64,000 bases of DNA. It comes from Candidatus Eiseniibacteriota bacterium (GTDB lineage: Bacteria > Eisenbacteria > RBG-16-71-46). Positions 9,919-27,817 of the stretch are shown piece by piece. The notes beneath the pieces are model-generated. The model saw only the letters and a program-made list of their open reading frames with translations. It made no database searches and was not told the DNA's origin. The position numbers were made by a program, and so were the translations under genes. The stretch is from positions 192,001 to 256,000 of the forward strand of contig CAVZLN010000004.1 of the NCBI GenBank assembly GCA_963776245.1, written 5' to 3'. The first letter of the stretch is position 1, and each line of letters begins with the position of its first letter.

Positions 9919-10680
9919 ATGGAGGAAGTCCACTCAATGACTCGTTATCTGGTGCCCATCGGTTTCGTCGCTGCGCTGGCAGCGTCGATCGGGATCTGGT
10001 TCGCGCTCCCCACGCTGTTCGGCGAGCAGGGGAACAACGTCAAGGAGGGTGGTCCGCTGGTGGCTGCCCTGATCATGCTCATGATCCTCGAGACGGCCTT
10101 CGTCATCGAGCGCCTCTGGAGCCTCAAGAAGGCGCAGGGCACCGGTCCGCTCCCGACCTTCCTCAACAACGTGCGCAAGTCCCTCCGCGACGGGAACATC
10201 CCGGGCGCGCTCGAGATGTGCAAGAAGCAGCGCGGCTCCGCGGCCAACGTCATCCGCGCCGGGCTGGAGCGCTACCAGGTGGTCAAGGCCGAGGGCGCCC
10301 CGAAGGACAAGATCGTCTCCGAGACGCAGGCCGCCATCCAGGAGGCCAACGGTCTCGAGGTCCCGCTGCTCGAGCGCAACCTGATCGCGCTCTCCACCAT
10401 CGCCTCGATCGCCACCATGATCGGGCTGCTCGGCACGGTGCTCGGCATGATCCGGTCGTTCGCCGCGCTCGCCAACACCGGCGCGGTGGACGCCACCAAG
10501 CTCGCGAAGGGCATCTCCGAGGCGCTCATCAACACGGCGGGCGGCCTGTTCGTGGCCATCATCGGCATCGTGACCTACAACGTCTTCGTCACCCGGGTGG
10601 ACGGCTTCAACTACATGATGGACGAGGCCTCGTACGAGGCCATCCAGTTGCTCGCCGGTTCCGCGACCGACAAGAAGTAA
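9919..10680 (+). CDS. exbB: MotA/TolQ/ExbB proton channel protein
   Basis: LSTIASIATMIGLLGTVLGMIRSF, GISEALINTAGGL. Confidence 0.88.
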   Translation: MEEVHSMTRYLVPIGFVAALAASIGIWFALPTLFGEQGNNVKEGGPLVAALIMLMILETAFVIERLWSLKKAQGTGPLPTFLNNVRKSLRDGNIPGALEMCKKQRGSAANVIRAGLERYQVVKAEGAPKDKIVSETQAAIQEANGLEVPLLERNLIALSTIASIATMIGLLGTVLGMIRSFAALANTGAVDATKLAKGISEALINTAGGLFVAIIGIVTYNVFVTRVDGFNYMMDEASYEAIQLLAGSATDKK

Positions 10681-10691
10681 GGAGCGAGACC

Positions 10692-11192
10692 ATGCTCAAG
10701 AAGATGCGCCGCATCGGCATCGCCATCGATATGACGCCGATGGTCGATGTGGCGTTCCTGCTCCTCATCTTCTTCATGACGACGACACAGTTCCAGCCGC
10801 CCGAGAAGGACCAGATCGCGCTGCCCCAGTCGAATTCCCAGGCCAAGGCCCCGGAGAGCGGCATCATCACCATCGCGGTCACCGCGGCGAAGCCCATCAA
10901 CGGGAACATCCCGACGGTGCGGATCGTCTGGCGGCAGGGTGCGGACGAGAAGGACGTCCTGCTGACGCAGTTGAACGTGAAGACCGACCTCGGCCCCACG
11001 CTCAGCCGCGCGCGGGCGGCGAACCCGTCCGCTCGAGTCATCGTGAAGATGGACAAGGCCGCACCATACGGGATCATGGCGGACATGATGAGCGGACTCG
11101 AGGAGGCGAAGGCCACCCGGTTCAACGTCATGACCGACCTCGAGGCCGGCATGGGCGGGTCCATGAAGCCCGCAGGCGCCGCCACCAAGTGA
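10692..11192 (+). CDS. exbD: ExbD/TolR family protein
   Basis: IDMTPMVDVAFLLLIFFM; ATG after GGAG. Confidence 0.88.
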   Translation: MLKKMRRIGIAIDMTPMVDVAFLLLIFFMTTTQFQPPEKDQIALPQSNSQAKAPESGIITIAVTAAKPINGNIPTVRIVWRQGADEKDVLLTQLNVKTDLGPTLSRARAANPSARVIVKMDKAAPYGIMADMMSGLEEAKATRFNVMTDLEAGMGGSMKPAGAATK

Positions 11193-11219
11193 CCCTGACT
11201 TCGAGGAGGGAGAGACATC

Positions 11220-11717
11220 ATGGGTGCAGTTGACGCCCCCCAACCCCGAAGCGGGGGGGGAAAGAAGGGCAAGAAGGGGATCCACCGCCCCAAACGTCGG
11301 GTCAACATCCGCATCGACATGACGCCGATGGTGGACGTGGCCTTCCTGCTGCTGATCTTCTTCATGGTCACCACGGTGTTCCGCACACCGCAGGCGCTGG
11401 AGATCAATCTCCCGCCGCAGGACGTGAAGATCGAGGTGGCCGAGTCGAAGGTGCTGATGGTGCGGGTGATGAGCGACCGACGGGTCTATTACCGCCGGGG
11501 CACCGACCCGTGGGCGCGCACGACGGTGGAGGACGTCCACAAGGTGTTCGCCCCCTACAAGGGGAACAAGGAACTGGTCGTGGTCATCAAGGTCGATCGT
11601 GAGGCGGAGTTCCGCAGCATGGTGGACATCATCGATGAGCTCGACCTGGCGAATCTCGGCCGGTTCTCGCTCGCCGAGTTGCCCCCGGAGGAGAAGAAGG
11701 AGGTCGAGCTCCTGTGA
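11220..11717 (+). CDS. exbD: ExbD/TolR family protein (second copy)
   Basis: IDMTPMVDVAFLLLIFFMV; VIKVDREAEFRSMVDIIDEL. Confidence 0.88.
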   Translation: MGAVDAPQPRSGGGKKGKKGIHRPKRRVNIRIDMTPMVDVAFLLLIFFMVTTVFRTPQALEINLPPQDVKIEVAESKVLMVRVMSDRRVYYRRGTDPWARTTVEDVHKVFAPYKGNKELVVVIKVDREAEFRSMVDIIDELDLANLGRFSLAELPPEEKKEVELL

Positions 11718-12463
11718 CGCAGCCCACGACCTCTCCGAAGCAGAAGCCGCCGGGAGTCTCGCTGTTCGAGTTCATGCCCTACGGAGCGCCGGAGCTCCGC
11801 GAGGTGGCCAGGGATTACATGTTCCGGGCGGTCATGCTCGCGACCGCGGGGTACATCGTCCTCTGCCTGGTGTCGTTCGGCGGGTTCCTGCTCGCGAAGC
11901 GGGCGCCGAAGGAGACGAGCGTGATCGTGGTCCCGTACCGCGAGATCGCCGCGCCCCCGCCGCTCAGCAACGACGCGCCGCCGCCCCAGGTGGCGATCGC
12001 GATCCCGGTGGCGCCGCCGACCGTCGGCGTCGCCGTCCCGGTGCCCGACGCGGAGGCCCCGCCCGAGCAGACCATCGCGTCGCAGGAGGAGATCTCCCAG
12101 CAGACCCAGAGCGCTCCGATCACCGGCGAGGGCGAGCAGATCGTCGTGCAGCCGCCCTCGGACGACGAGATGCCCAAGCTGGGTGAATACGTCTACTTCG
12201 AGGAGATGCCGGAGGCGATCACGAAAGTGCCGCCGCAGTATCCGGACATCGCCCGTGAGGCGGGAGTGGACGGGGTCGTCACGGTCCAGGCGCTGGTGGG
12301 CAAGGACGGCAAGGTGAAGGACACCAAGGTGACGAAGTCCGTCCCGATGCTCGACGCCGCCGCGGTGGCCGCCGTGCGGGGCTGGGTCTTCAAGCCGGCG
12401 CTGTCGAACAACAAGCCCGTGGCGGTGTGGGTCGCCATCCCGGTGCGATTCAATCTCCACTGA
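11714..12463 (+). CDS. tonB: Energy transducer TonB
   Basis: TM anchor, Pro-rich linker, YPDIAREAGVDGVVTVQALVGKDG..LDAAAVAAVRGWVFKPA. Confidence 0.88.
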   Translation: MTQPTTSPKQKPPGVSLFEFMPYGAPELREVARDYMFRAVMLATAGYIVLCLVSFGGFLLAKRAPKETSVIVVPYREIAAPPPLSNDAPPPQVAIAIPVAPPTVGVAVPVPDAEAPPEQTIASQEEISQQTQSAPITGEGEQIVVQPPSDDEMPKLGEYVYFEEMPEAITKVPPQYPDIAREAGVDGVVTVQALVGKDGKVKDTKVTKSVPMLDAAAVAAVRGWVFKPALSNNKPVAVWVAIPVRFNLH

Positions 12464-12476
12464 GCTGCGGTCGGAA

Positions 12477-12514
12477 ACGCGAGGCCGGGGCCACCGCGCC
12501 CCGGCCTTTCGCGT
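12477..12514 (+). terminator. Probable intrinsic terminator hairpin after tonB
   Basis: ACGCGA-GGCCGGGGC-caccgc-GCCCCGGCC-tt-TCGCGT. Confidence 0.55.
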
Positions 12515-12575
12515 GGTGCTGGTGGTCCCGTCGGCCCCGCCCGGGGAACGTTTTGCCGCGCCGGTCCGCGCCCGT

Positions 12576-12604
12576 TTGACCCCTCCCGGGCCCCCCTCTA
12601 GGCT
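12576..12604 (+). promoter_or_regulatory. Putative sigma70 promoter for the exporter operon
   Basis: TTGACC-17nt-TAGGCT. Confidence 0.45.
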
Positions 12605-12657
12605 CGCGCGTTCGAACCCTCGTCGCCGTCCATCCCATCCCGCGAGGAGCGCGTCCC

Positions 12658-13422
12658 GTGACCGATCCACCCCCTGCGCCCGCCATGACCCCGGACCCGG
12701 CTCCGGCCCCGCCGGGGATGTCCCTGCTCGGACGCGCCGTGGCGGTGTTCGTCCGGCCTTCGCAGGCGTGGGGCGGCCTCGAGGACCGGTCGCAGTGGTG
12801 GTTCCCGTTCCTGGTCATGATGGTGGTGAGCGCGGCCTGGTCGGCGCTGCTCTTCCCGCGCGCCATCGTGCCCATGGTGCTGGAGAACCTCGAGGCCCAG
12901 GTCGCGAGCGGACAGGTTCCCGCGGAACAGCTGGTCGCCACCGAGCGCATCATGACCGGTCCGGTGGGCATCGCCTTCGGCGTGGGTTCGCAGACCGTGG
13001 TGCAGGGCGTGATGGTGCTGATCACGGCCGCGCTCGTGCTCTTCGTGGTGAGCTTCGTCCTCGGGGTCCGCTTTCGCTTCCGGCTCGCGCTCGAGGTCAC
13101 CTCGTGGGCGTGGCTGGTCCATCTCCCGGCCTATGTCGCCACCGGGGCGCTGGCCTGGATCAAGGAGTCGATGCTGGGGGTCCACGTCGGGTTCGGCGCG
13201 CTCCTGCCCGAGCCGGAGACGCCGTCGCGGATGCTCTATGGCCTCGGGAACGGGCTGGATGCGCTCGGCCCGCTGTCGGTCTGGCCGGTGGTGGTGGCCA
13301 TCCTGGGCGCGTCCGCGCTCTCGGGCGCGCCCAGGAAGTCCGTCGCCTGGGTCCTCGGCGGCCTGTATCTCGTGCTCAGCATCCTGCTGGCGGGATTGAG
13401 CGCGATGAACGCGCCGGTATGA
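12658..13422 (+). CDS. Yip1-family membrane protein (YknW-like)
   Basis: VFVRPSQAWGGL..WWFP start, about 5 TM helices, upstream of a MacAB-TolC set. Confidence 0.7.
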   Translation: MTDPPPAPAMTPDPAPAPPGMSLLGRAVAVFVRPSQAWGGLEDRSQWWFPFLVMMVVSAAWSALLFPRAIVPMVLENLEAQVASGQVPAEQLVATERIMTGPVGIAFGVGSQTVVQGVMVLITAALVLFVVSFVLGVRFRFRLALEVTSWAWLVHLPAYVATGALAWIKESMLGVHVGFGALLPEPETPSRMLYGLGNGLDALGPLSVWPVVVAILGASALSGAPRKSVAWVLGGLYLVLSILLAGLSAMNAPV

Positions 13423-13505
13423 TGCGATCCGCAACCTTTCGAGTGACCGAACGTAACTAGCCCACGTCCAGCGCCGTGCCCGGACGTCCAACCCGGAGGA
13501 GCTTC

Positions 13506-14900
13506 ATGAGGATGACGGAGCGGACCCTCGCGTACCTGACGCTCGCGACGGTCGCCCTGCTGGCGGCCGCCACCGCGGCGGCGGAGCCGCTGACGGTGGA
13601 GCGCGCGGTGGAGATGGCCCTCCAGCGGAACAGCCAGATCGTGAACGCCGAGGCGGGAGTGCTCGACGCACGCAGTGGGCTGTACGTGGCGTACTCGGGG
13701 GTGCTGCCGAGCCTCTCGGGCACCTGGTCGCGCGGTGGCCAGTGGGAGAAGAAGGGCGAGGGCGTGCGGTTCTTCGGCTCCAGCCGGTTCCCCACCCTCC
13801 TGAACGACAGCGAGGGCTACAACACCAGCCCGTCCCTCAATGGCCAATGGCCGCTCCTGAGTCTCTCGTCGCTCGCCGGACTCCGCTCCGCGCAGAGCGG
13901 GCTCAAGGCGGCTCGCTTCACTCGCACGGCGGCCTCGAATGACGTGGTGCTCGCCACCAAGCGGCAGTTCTACGAGGTGGTGAAGGCGGTGCGACTGGCC
14001 GACGTCTCGGCCAGCGCGCTGCGGCTCTCCCGGGACAACGAGCGCCGGGTCCGTGCGCTCTTCGAGGTCGGGTCGGTGTCGCGCAGCGACCTGCTCAAGG
14101 CCCAGGTGGCCACGGCGCAGAGCGAATTGGATTCGCTGACGGCGATCCAGTCGGTGACGACGCAGCGCGTGCTCCTGGCGGAGCAACTCGGGGTGGTGGA
14201 ATCCGAGATCGCCGACGTGGACACGCTGCTCAGCACGGAGCCGCAGGTGTTCGACGAGCCGACCGTGCTCGCCGAGGCCACCCGCGGCCGGCCCGACCTG
14301 CTGGCGGCCGACGCCGACTTGAAGTCCGCCGAGGCATCGCTGCGCTCCGCGAATCTCGCGCGGTTGCCCTACGTCATGGTGAACGGCGGCGCGACCTTCC
14401 AGCCGCGCTCGAGCACCAAGCAGACGGTCTACCAGACGGTCGATGGGTCCGGTGCGATCCAGGACCTCGCGACTCCGGACGTGCGGGTCGGCCGCAGCCA
14501 GGCGGACCTGGACTACAGCGCCTCCATCTCGCTCAATCTGAACCTCTTCAATGGGTTCCGCACCGAGTCCGAGATCGCCCGCGCCCGGGCGGGTGTGATG
14601 CGGGCTCGCGACCGGCGCGACGCGCTGCGGCGCAATCTCTCCAGTGAGGTGCACCAGGCGATCCTCACTCACCGGCAGGCGGTCGAGAGCGATCGGGTGG
14701 CGCGCCGCGCCATCGAGTCGGCGACCGAGAACCTCAAACTCACCCAGCAGAAGTACAACGTCGGGTCGGCGACCATCCTCGATCTGATCGACGCGCAGGT
14801 GCAGCTCCAGCGGGCGCAGAGCCAGGGTGTCGGCGCGCTCGCGGGGATCCGCGTGGCCGAGGCACAACTCGAGCGCGTGCGCGGCGGCGGGTCGCGCTGA
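13506..14900 (+). CDS. TolC family outer membrane protein
   Basis: Signal peptide, LTVERAVEMALQRN, two OEP repeats (FEVGSVSRSDLLKAQ; YNVGSATILDLIDAQ). Confidence 0.88.
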   Translation: MRMTERTLAYLTLATVALLAAATAAAEPLTVERAVEMALQRNSQIVNAEAGVLDARSGLYVAYSGVLPSLSGTWSRGGQWEKKGEGVRFFGSSRFPTLLNDSEGYNTSPSLNGQWPLLSLSSLAGLRSAQSGLKAARFTRTAASNDVVLATKRQFYEVVKAVRLADVSASALRLSRDNERRVRALFEVGSVSRSDLLKAQVATAQSELDSLTAIQSVTTQRVLLAEQLGVVESEIADVDTLLSTEPQVFDEPTVLAEATRGRPDLLAADADLKSAEASLRSANLARLPYVMVNGGATFQPRSSTKQTVYQTVDGSGAIQDLATPDVRVGRSQADLDYSASISLNLNLFNGFRTESEIARARAGVMRARDRRDALRRNLSSEVHQAILTHRQAVESDRVARRAIESATENLKLTQQKYNVGSATILDLIDAQVQLQRAQSQGVGALAGIRVAEAQLERVRGGGSR

Positions 14901-14924
14901 CGGGTGTCCCCCCAGGGCGGAGGC

Positions 14925-16213
14925 ATGATGAAGAGCAAGAAGGCGATCTGGATCGGACTGGCGGTGCTCGTGGTGGCGTTGCTCATCACGGCGAACGTGG
15001 TGCGCCAGTCCCAGGGGAAGGTGGTGTCGGTCCAGTTCGCCCGGGTGCGGGTCGAGGACGTGACGGCGCGGGTGCGCGCGCCGGGCAAGATCGAGCCGCG
15101 GACCCAGGTCAAGGTGAGCGCCGACATCCCCGGCAAGGTGCTGCGACTGGCGGTCAAGGAGGGCGATCGCGTGAGGCGCGGCCAGCTCATGCTCCAGATC
15201 GACGATACCCAGTATCGTGCGCTTCAGGACCAGGCCCGTGCCGCGCTGGCGTCCGCTCAGGCGCGGCAGCGCGAGGCGCAGGCCGCCCTCAAGGTGGCCG
15301 AATCGAACTTCGGGCGCCAGCGCACGCTGTTCGATGAGAAGCTGCTCTCCACGGCGGAATGGGACCAGGCCAGCACGGCGCACGAATCCGCGCGCAGCCT
15401 CGGCGCCACCACGAGCGAGGACGTCACGCGGGCGCGCGCGGCGCTCGAGGGCGCGTCGGACAACGTCTCGAAGTGCAGGTTCCTGGCGCCGTTCGACGGC
15501 GTGGTGAGCGCGCTGAACGTGGAACAGGGCGAGATCGTCATCACCGGGACGATGAACAACCCGGGCACGCAGATCCTGGTCGTGTCGGACCTTTCGCGCA
15601 TGCTGGTGCGGGCGGATGTGGACGAGACCGACGTCGTGGACCTGCGGCTCGGCCAGAAGGCGAAGATCACGGTCGACGCACTCCCGGACACGTCGTTCAC
15701 CGGCACCGTGACGGAGATCGGCAACACCGCGAAGCGCTCCCTCACCGGGACCGAGGGCCAGACCAATTTCGAGGTCAAGGTGGTGTTCGATCACGATGTG
15801 CCCCAGGTGCGCCCCGGGATGACGGCGGATGTCGAGATCGAGACCGCCACCCACGCCAGGACGCACGCCGTGCCCATCCAGTCGGTCGTGGTCCGCACCG
15901 ACCGCGAGCTCGAGCGCGCGGCGAAGAAGGGCAAGGGCGCGAAGGCGCCCCGGCCGAAGGCGGGCGACGCGTTCGCGGCGGACGAGGACACCGTCGGGCG
16001 GCGCGACAAGGAGATCACCGGGCTGTTCGTCGCGAAGGACGGCGTGACGAAGTTCGTCCCGGTGCGCACCGGCATCGCGAGCGAGACCATGATCGAGGTG
16101 TTCGGCGAGCTGAAGGACGGCGACGTGATCGTCGCCGGACCGTACAAGGCGCTGCGCGAGCTCAAGCCCGGTCAGAAGGTGAAGCGTGAGACCGGGCCGG
16201 CGAAGGGGAAGAA

Positions 16214-16217
<4 letters not shown>
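14925..16217 (+). CDS. Efflux periplasmic adaptor subunit (MacA/YknX-like)
   Basis: [39 protein letters not shown]. Confidence 0.88.
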
Positions 16218-16934
<717 letters not shown>

Positions 16935-16953
16935 CCGCGCGGGAGGAGGACGC

Positions 16954-18177
<1,224 letters not shown>

Positions 18178-18181
18178 GGCC

Positions 18182-19456
<1,275 letters not shown>

Positions 19457-19537
19457 CGGGTGGCGGAACGCCCGCCCGGGCGACTCGCCCGGAGCGGCCC
19501 GGCGGCGCGTCCGCCGGCGTCCTGATATGCTGCGCCC

Positions 19538-22424
<2,887 letters not shown>

Positions 22425-22483
22425 CTCCGACACCCTCCGCGACCGTCCAGACGTCCGCCACCGGATCCACGCGCACCACCACG

Positions 22484-23527
22484 ATGAAGGCGGTGGTGAA
22501 GGCGCAGGCGGGCCCCGGCTTCGAGATACGCGATGTCCCCGTGCCGGTCCCCGGCCCCGGGGAGATCCTCCTCCGGGTCCTGCGCGCCGGCGTATGCGGC
22601 ACCGACCTCCACATCTTCGAATGGGACGCCTGGGCCCGGGGCCGGATGAAGCCTCCGGTCGTGGTAGGCCATGAGTTCGTCGGCGAGATCGTCGAACTTG
22701 GCCCCGGGGTGAAGGAGTTCATGCCCGGCGAGCGCGTCTCGTGCGAGAGCCACATCGTCTGCGAGCACTGCATCGCCTGCCGGACCGGCAACGGTCACGT
22801 GTGCGAGAACACCCGGATCCTCGGCGTCGACGTGAATGGCGGTTGGGCCGAGTACGTGGCGGTGCCGGCGTCCAATGCCTGGCGCGCCCCGGCCAACATC
22901 CCGCTCGAGGTGCAGGGCATCATGGAGCCGCTCGGCAACGCGGTCCACACCGCGTTCTCGGGCGACCTGTCGGCCTGCCGTATCGCCGTCACCGGATGCG
23001 GTCCGATCGGGCTGTTCGCGATCGGCGTCGCCCGCGCCGCGGGTGCCAGCCAGGTGATCGCCAGCGACATCTCACCCTACCGGCTGGAGCTCGCCCGCCG
23101 GATGCAGGCCGACGCGGTCATCGACGTGTCGAAGGAGAGCTTCGTCGAGCGCGTGCACGAGCTCACCGAGGGCCGCGGGCTCGACGGCGTGCTCGAGATG
23201 TCGGGGAACGCCAGCGCCATCCGTGACGCGCTCGCGGCGCTGCGCAATGGCGGCCGGCTCTCGCTGTTGGGGCTGCCGCGCGAGAACTTCGAACTGGACT
23301 GGAACAAGCTGCTGATCTTCAAGGGCATCACGCTCCACGGCATCATCGGGCGCCGCATGTACCAGACCTGGTACGTGATGGACAATCTGCTGCGCACCGG
23401 GCGCCTGGACGTGCGGCCCGCGATCACGCACGTGATGCCGATGGAGCAGGTGAACGACGCGATCACGGCGCTGCGCTCGGGCAACGCCGGCAAGGTGGTG
23501 CTGATCCCGTGGGGACAGAGCGCGTAG
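22484..23527 (+). CDS. tdh: L-threonine 3-dehydrogenase (alternative start 22421)
   Basis: [42 protein letters not shown]; adjacent to kbl. Confidence 0.9.
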   Translation: MKAVVKAQAGPGFEIRDVPVPVPGPGEILLRVLRAGVCGTDLHIFEWDAWARGRMKPPVVVGHEFVGEIVELGPGVKEFMPGERVSCESHIVCEHCIACRTGNGHVCENTRILGVDVNGGWAEYVAVPASNAWRAPANIPLEVQGIMEPLGNAVHTAFSGDLSACRIAVTGCGPIGLFAIGVARAAGASQVIASDISPYRLELARRMQADAVIDVSKESFVERVHELTEGRGLDGVLEMSGNASAIRDALAALRNGGRLSLLGLPRENFELDWNKLLIFKGITLHGIIGRRMYQTWYVMDNLLRTGRLDVRPAITHVMPMEQVNDAITALRSGNAGKVVLIPWGQSA

Positions 23528-23544
23528 CGCGCCAGGAGACTCCC

Positions 23545-24757
23545 ATGTACGACACGCTGAAGCCCGCGCTGATCGAGGAGATCGCGAAGATCCGTGAGGC
23601 CGGGCTCTACAAGGACGAGCGCATCCTCGCGTCGCCGCAGGGGCCGGCGGTGCGGCTGGCGGACGGGCGCGAGGTGCTGGTGTTCTGCGCCAACAACTAC
23701 CTCGGGCTCTCGAACCATCCGCGGGTGATCGAGGCGGCCCACCAGGCGCTGGCCTCGCATGGCTTCGGCCTCTCCTCGGTGCGCTTCATCTGCGGCACCC
23801 AGGACCTGCACAAGCAGCTCGAGGCGAAGCTCTCCGCGTTCCTCGGCACCGAGGACACGATCCTCTACGCGGCGTGCTTCGACGCCAACGGCGGCGTCTT
23901 CGAGCCGCTGCTGGGCGAGGAGGACGCCATCATCTCCGACGCGCTCAATCACGCCTCGATCATCGACGGCGTGCGGCTGTCCAAGGCGCAGCGCTGGCGC
24001 TACGACCACGACGACATGGCGTACGCTCGAGCGCTGTCTGAAGGAGGCGGTCGAGAAGGGCACCCGTCACCGGCTGATCGCGACCGACGGCGCGTTCAGC
24101 ATGGACGGCACCATCGCCGACCTGAAGTCGATCTGCGATCTGGCCGACCGCTACCGGGCGCTGGTGATGGTGGATGAATGCCACGCCATGGGCTTCCTCG
24201 GGCGCACCGGACGCGGCACGCCCGAACACACCGGCACGACCGGCCGGATCGACATCATCACCGGCACGCTCGGCAAGGCGCTGGGCGGCGCCATCGGCGG
24301 GTTCACCAGCGGGCGCCGCGAGATCATCGAGATGCTGCGCCAGCGCTCGCGCCCGTACCTGTTCTCGAACAGCCTGCCGCCCGCGGTCGTGGGCGCCGGC
24401 ATCGCCGTGATGGACCTGTTGTCGTCCACGACCGAGCTGCGCGACCGGCTCGAGGTCAACACGCGGCGCTTCCGCGCCGGTATGACCGCGGCCGGGTTCG
24501 ATCTCAAGCCTGGCGTCCACCCGATCGTGCCCATCATGCTGTACGAGGAGCGGCTCGCGCACGACATGGCACGACGCCTGCTCGAACGGGGCATCTACGT
24601 GATCGGGTTCTCGTATCCGGTGGTGGCCCGGGGCCAGGCGCGGATCCGCGTCCAGCTCTCCGCGGCGCACACCGAGGCGCACGTCGATCGTGCCGTGGCG
24701 GCGTTCACGCAGGTCGGCCAGGAGATGGGCGTGCTCAAGGGTGCGACCCGCGCCTGA
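23545..24757 (+). CDS. kbl: 2-amino-3-ketobutyrate CoA ligase (glycine C-acetyltransferase); frameshift near 24022
   Basis: [58 protein letters not shown]. Confidence 0.92.
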
Positions 24758-24866
24758 CCCGGTCGGCGTCGGGCGGGAGACGCGCGGCCCGGGCCCGCGT
24801 GGCGCGGCGCCCTCGCCCGCGCTCCCGCCTTCCGGTATGCTGCCGCGCGTCCTCGCGGCGCGTGGC

Positions 24867-24896
24867 TTGACCCCCGTCCCGGCCGTTCGGTAGGTT
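24867..24896 (+). promoter_or_regulatory. Putative sigma70 promoter for the gcv operon
   Basis: TTGACC-18nt-TAGGTT just upstream of the gcvT RBS (GGAG). Confidence 0.4.
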
Positions 24897-24924
24897 GCGA
24901 ACGAATCCTTTCCTGGAGTGCATC

Positions 24925-26030
<1,106 letters not shown>

Positions 26031-26034
<4 letters not shown>

Positions 26035-26444
26035 GCCCGATACCGGAGGATCGCTTGAGTTATCCCGACGACATCCGCTACACGCCGGAGCACGAGTGGG
26101 CCCGGCTCGAGGACGGGATCGTGACCGTGGGCATCACCTCGTACGCGACCGAGCAGCTCGGGGACGTGGTGTTCGTGGAGCTTCCGGAGCTGGGCCGGGC
26201 GCTCGAGGAGATGAAGGCCTTCGGGGTGGTCGAGGCCGTCAAGACGGTGAGCGACCTGTTCGCGCCGCTGGCGGGCGAGATCGTCGAGGTGAACGGGGAC
26301 CTCACCGACAACCCGGCGCTGGTGAACCAGGATCCCTACGGCAAGGGCTGGATGATCCGGCTGCGGCCGCGCGACGCGAAGGATGTCGCGAAGCTCCTGA
26401 GCCGGGAGGACTACGAGCGCCTGATCGAGGAACAGCACGCATGA
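26031..26444 (+). CDS. gcvH: Glycine cleavage system H protein
   Basis: YTPEHEW, LGDVVFVELP, lipoyl Lys in EAVKTVSD, NQDPYGKGW. Confidence 0.95.
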
Positions 26445-27817
26445 GTCATATCGGGCGTTCGGCGGAGGAAGAGCAGCGCATGCTCGGGGTGATCGGGGTG
26501 AAGCGGTTCGAGGACCTGCTCAGCGCCATCCCGAAGACGGCCCTGCTGGAGCGGCCGCTCGACATCCCCGGACCGCTCTCCGAGATCGAGATCCGGCGGC
26601 GGTTCGGCGGCTGGGCGCGCGAGGACGCGGCCGACCGGGCGGTGTCGTTCCTCGGCGGCGGCCTGTACGACCACTTCGTGCCCGCGGCCGTGGACGCACT
26701 CTCGATGCGGTCGGAGTTCGCCACCGCGTACACGCCGTACCAGCCCGAGGTCGCGCAGGGCACGCTGACCGCGATCTTCGAGTTCCAGAGCATGATCGCC
26801 GAGCTCACCGGTTGCGACGTGGCCAACGCGTCGATGTACGATGGCGCGACGGCCGTGGTCGAAGCGGCGTTGCTGGCCCGCGCGCACACCCAGCGCTCGC
26901 GGGTCGTGGTCGCGGGGGCCCTGCACCCGCACCACCTCGCCGTGCTGCGCACCTATCTGGACACCTCGGACATCACCGCCGTGGGCGATCGGGGTGGCCG
27001 GTGCGCGCCCGAAGACCTCCAGCGCGCGCTCGGCCCCGACGTGGCGTGCGTGGTGTACCAGCACCCGAACTTCTTCGGGCTGCTCGAGAGCCCGGCGACG
27101 CTGCACGCGCTCGCGCACGAGGCCGGGGCGCTCGCCGTGGCGTGCGTGGACCCGATCGCGCTCGCGCTGCTGGAGCCGCCCGGGTCCGCGGGCGCCGGCC
27201 CGGGCAGCGGGGCGGACCTGGTGGTCGGGGAGGGCCAGGCGCTCGGCAATCGGCCCTCCTTCGGCGGGCCACTGCTCGGGTTCTTCGCGTGCACGAAGGC
27301 GCTGCTGCGACGCATGCCGGGCCGTCTCGTGGCCCAGACCGCCGACCGGGACGGCCGGCGCGGATTCGTGCTCACGCTCCAGACGCGTGAGCAGCACATC
27401 CGCCGCGAGAAGGCGACGTCCAACATCTGCACCAATCAGGGCCTGGTCGCGCTGCGTGCGACCATCCACATGGGCCTGCTGGGCCGGGAGGGCATGCGCG
27501 AGGTCGCCGAGCTGTGCGTGCGGAAGACGCACCACGCCGCGCGCCTGGCCAGCGCGACGCCGGGCTTCCGGCTCGCGCACGACGGTGTGTTCTTCCGCGA
27601 GTTCGTGCTCGAGTGCCCGGTGGATGCCGCCGAGGTGGTGCGCGTGGGACTGGAACGGGACATCCTGGCGGGAGTGGATCTCGGGCAGTTCCGGCCGGAG
27701 TGGAAGCGCTGGCTGCTGGTGGCGGTCACCGAGCAGCGCAGTGCCGAGGAGATCGACCGCTGGGCCGACGTGCTGGTCGCCGCGTCCGCGGCCGCGGTGC
27801 CGGGAGGTGTGTCATGA
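26441..27817 (+). CDS. gcvPA: Glycine dehydrogenase subunit 1
   Basis: TAYTPYQPEVAQG, NASMYDG, QTREQHIRREKATSNICTNQ. Confidence 0.95.
   Translation: MSHIGRSAEEEQRMLGVIGVKRFEDLLSAIPKTALLERPLDIPGPLSEIEIRRRFGGWAREDAADRAVSFLGGGLYDHFVPAAVDALSMRSEFATAYTPYQPEVAQGTLTAIFEFQSMIAELTGCDVANASMYDGATAVVEAALLARAHTQRSRVVVAGALHPHHLAVLRTYLDTSDITAVGDRGGRCAPEDLQRALGPDVACVVYQHPNFFGLLESPATLHALAHEAGALAVACVDPIALALLEPPGSAGAGPGSGADLVVGEGQALGNRPSFGGPLLGFFACTKALLRRMPGRLVAQTADRDGRRGFVLTLQTREQHIRREKATSNICTNQGLVALRATIHMGLLGREGMREVAELCVRKTHHAARLASATPGFRLAHDGVFFREFVLECPVDAAEVVRVGLERDILAGVDLGQFRPEWKRWLLVAVTEQRSAEEIDRWADVLVAASAAAVPGGVS

Noticed and set aside
24760..24924. Glycine riboswitch before gcvT
   Set aside because: No GGAGA/CCGAAG/CTCTCAGG elements; only GC hairpins and a sigma70-like promoter
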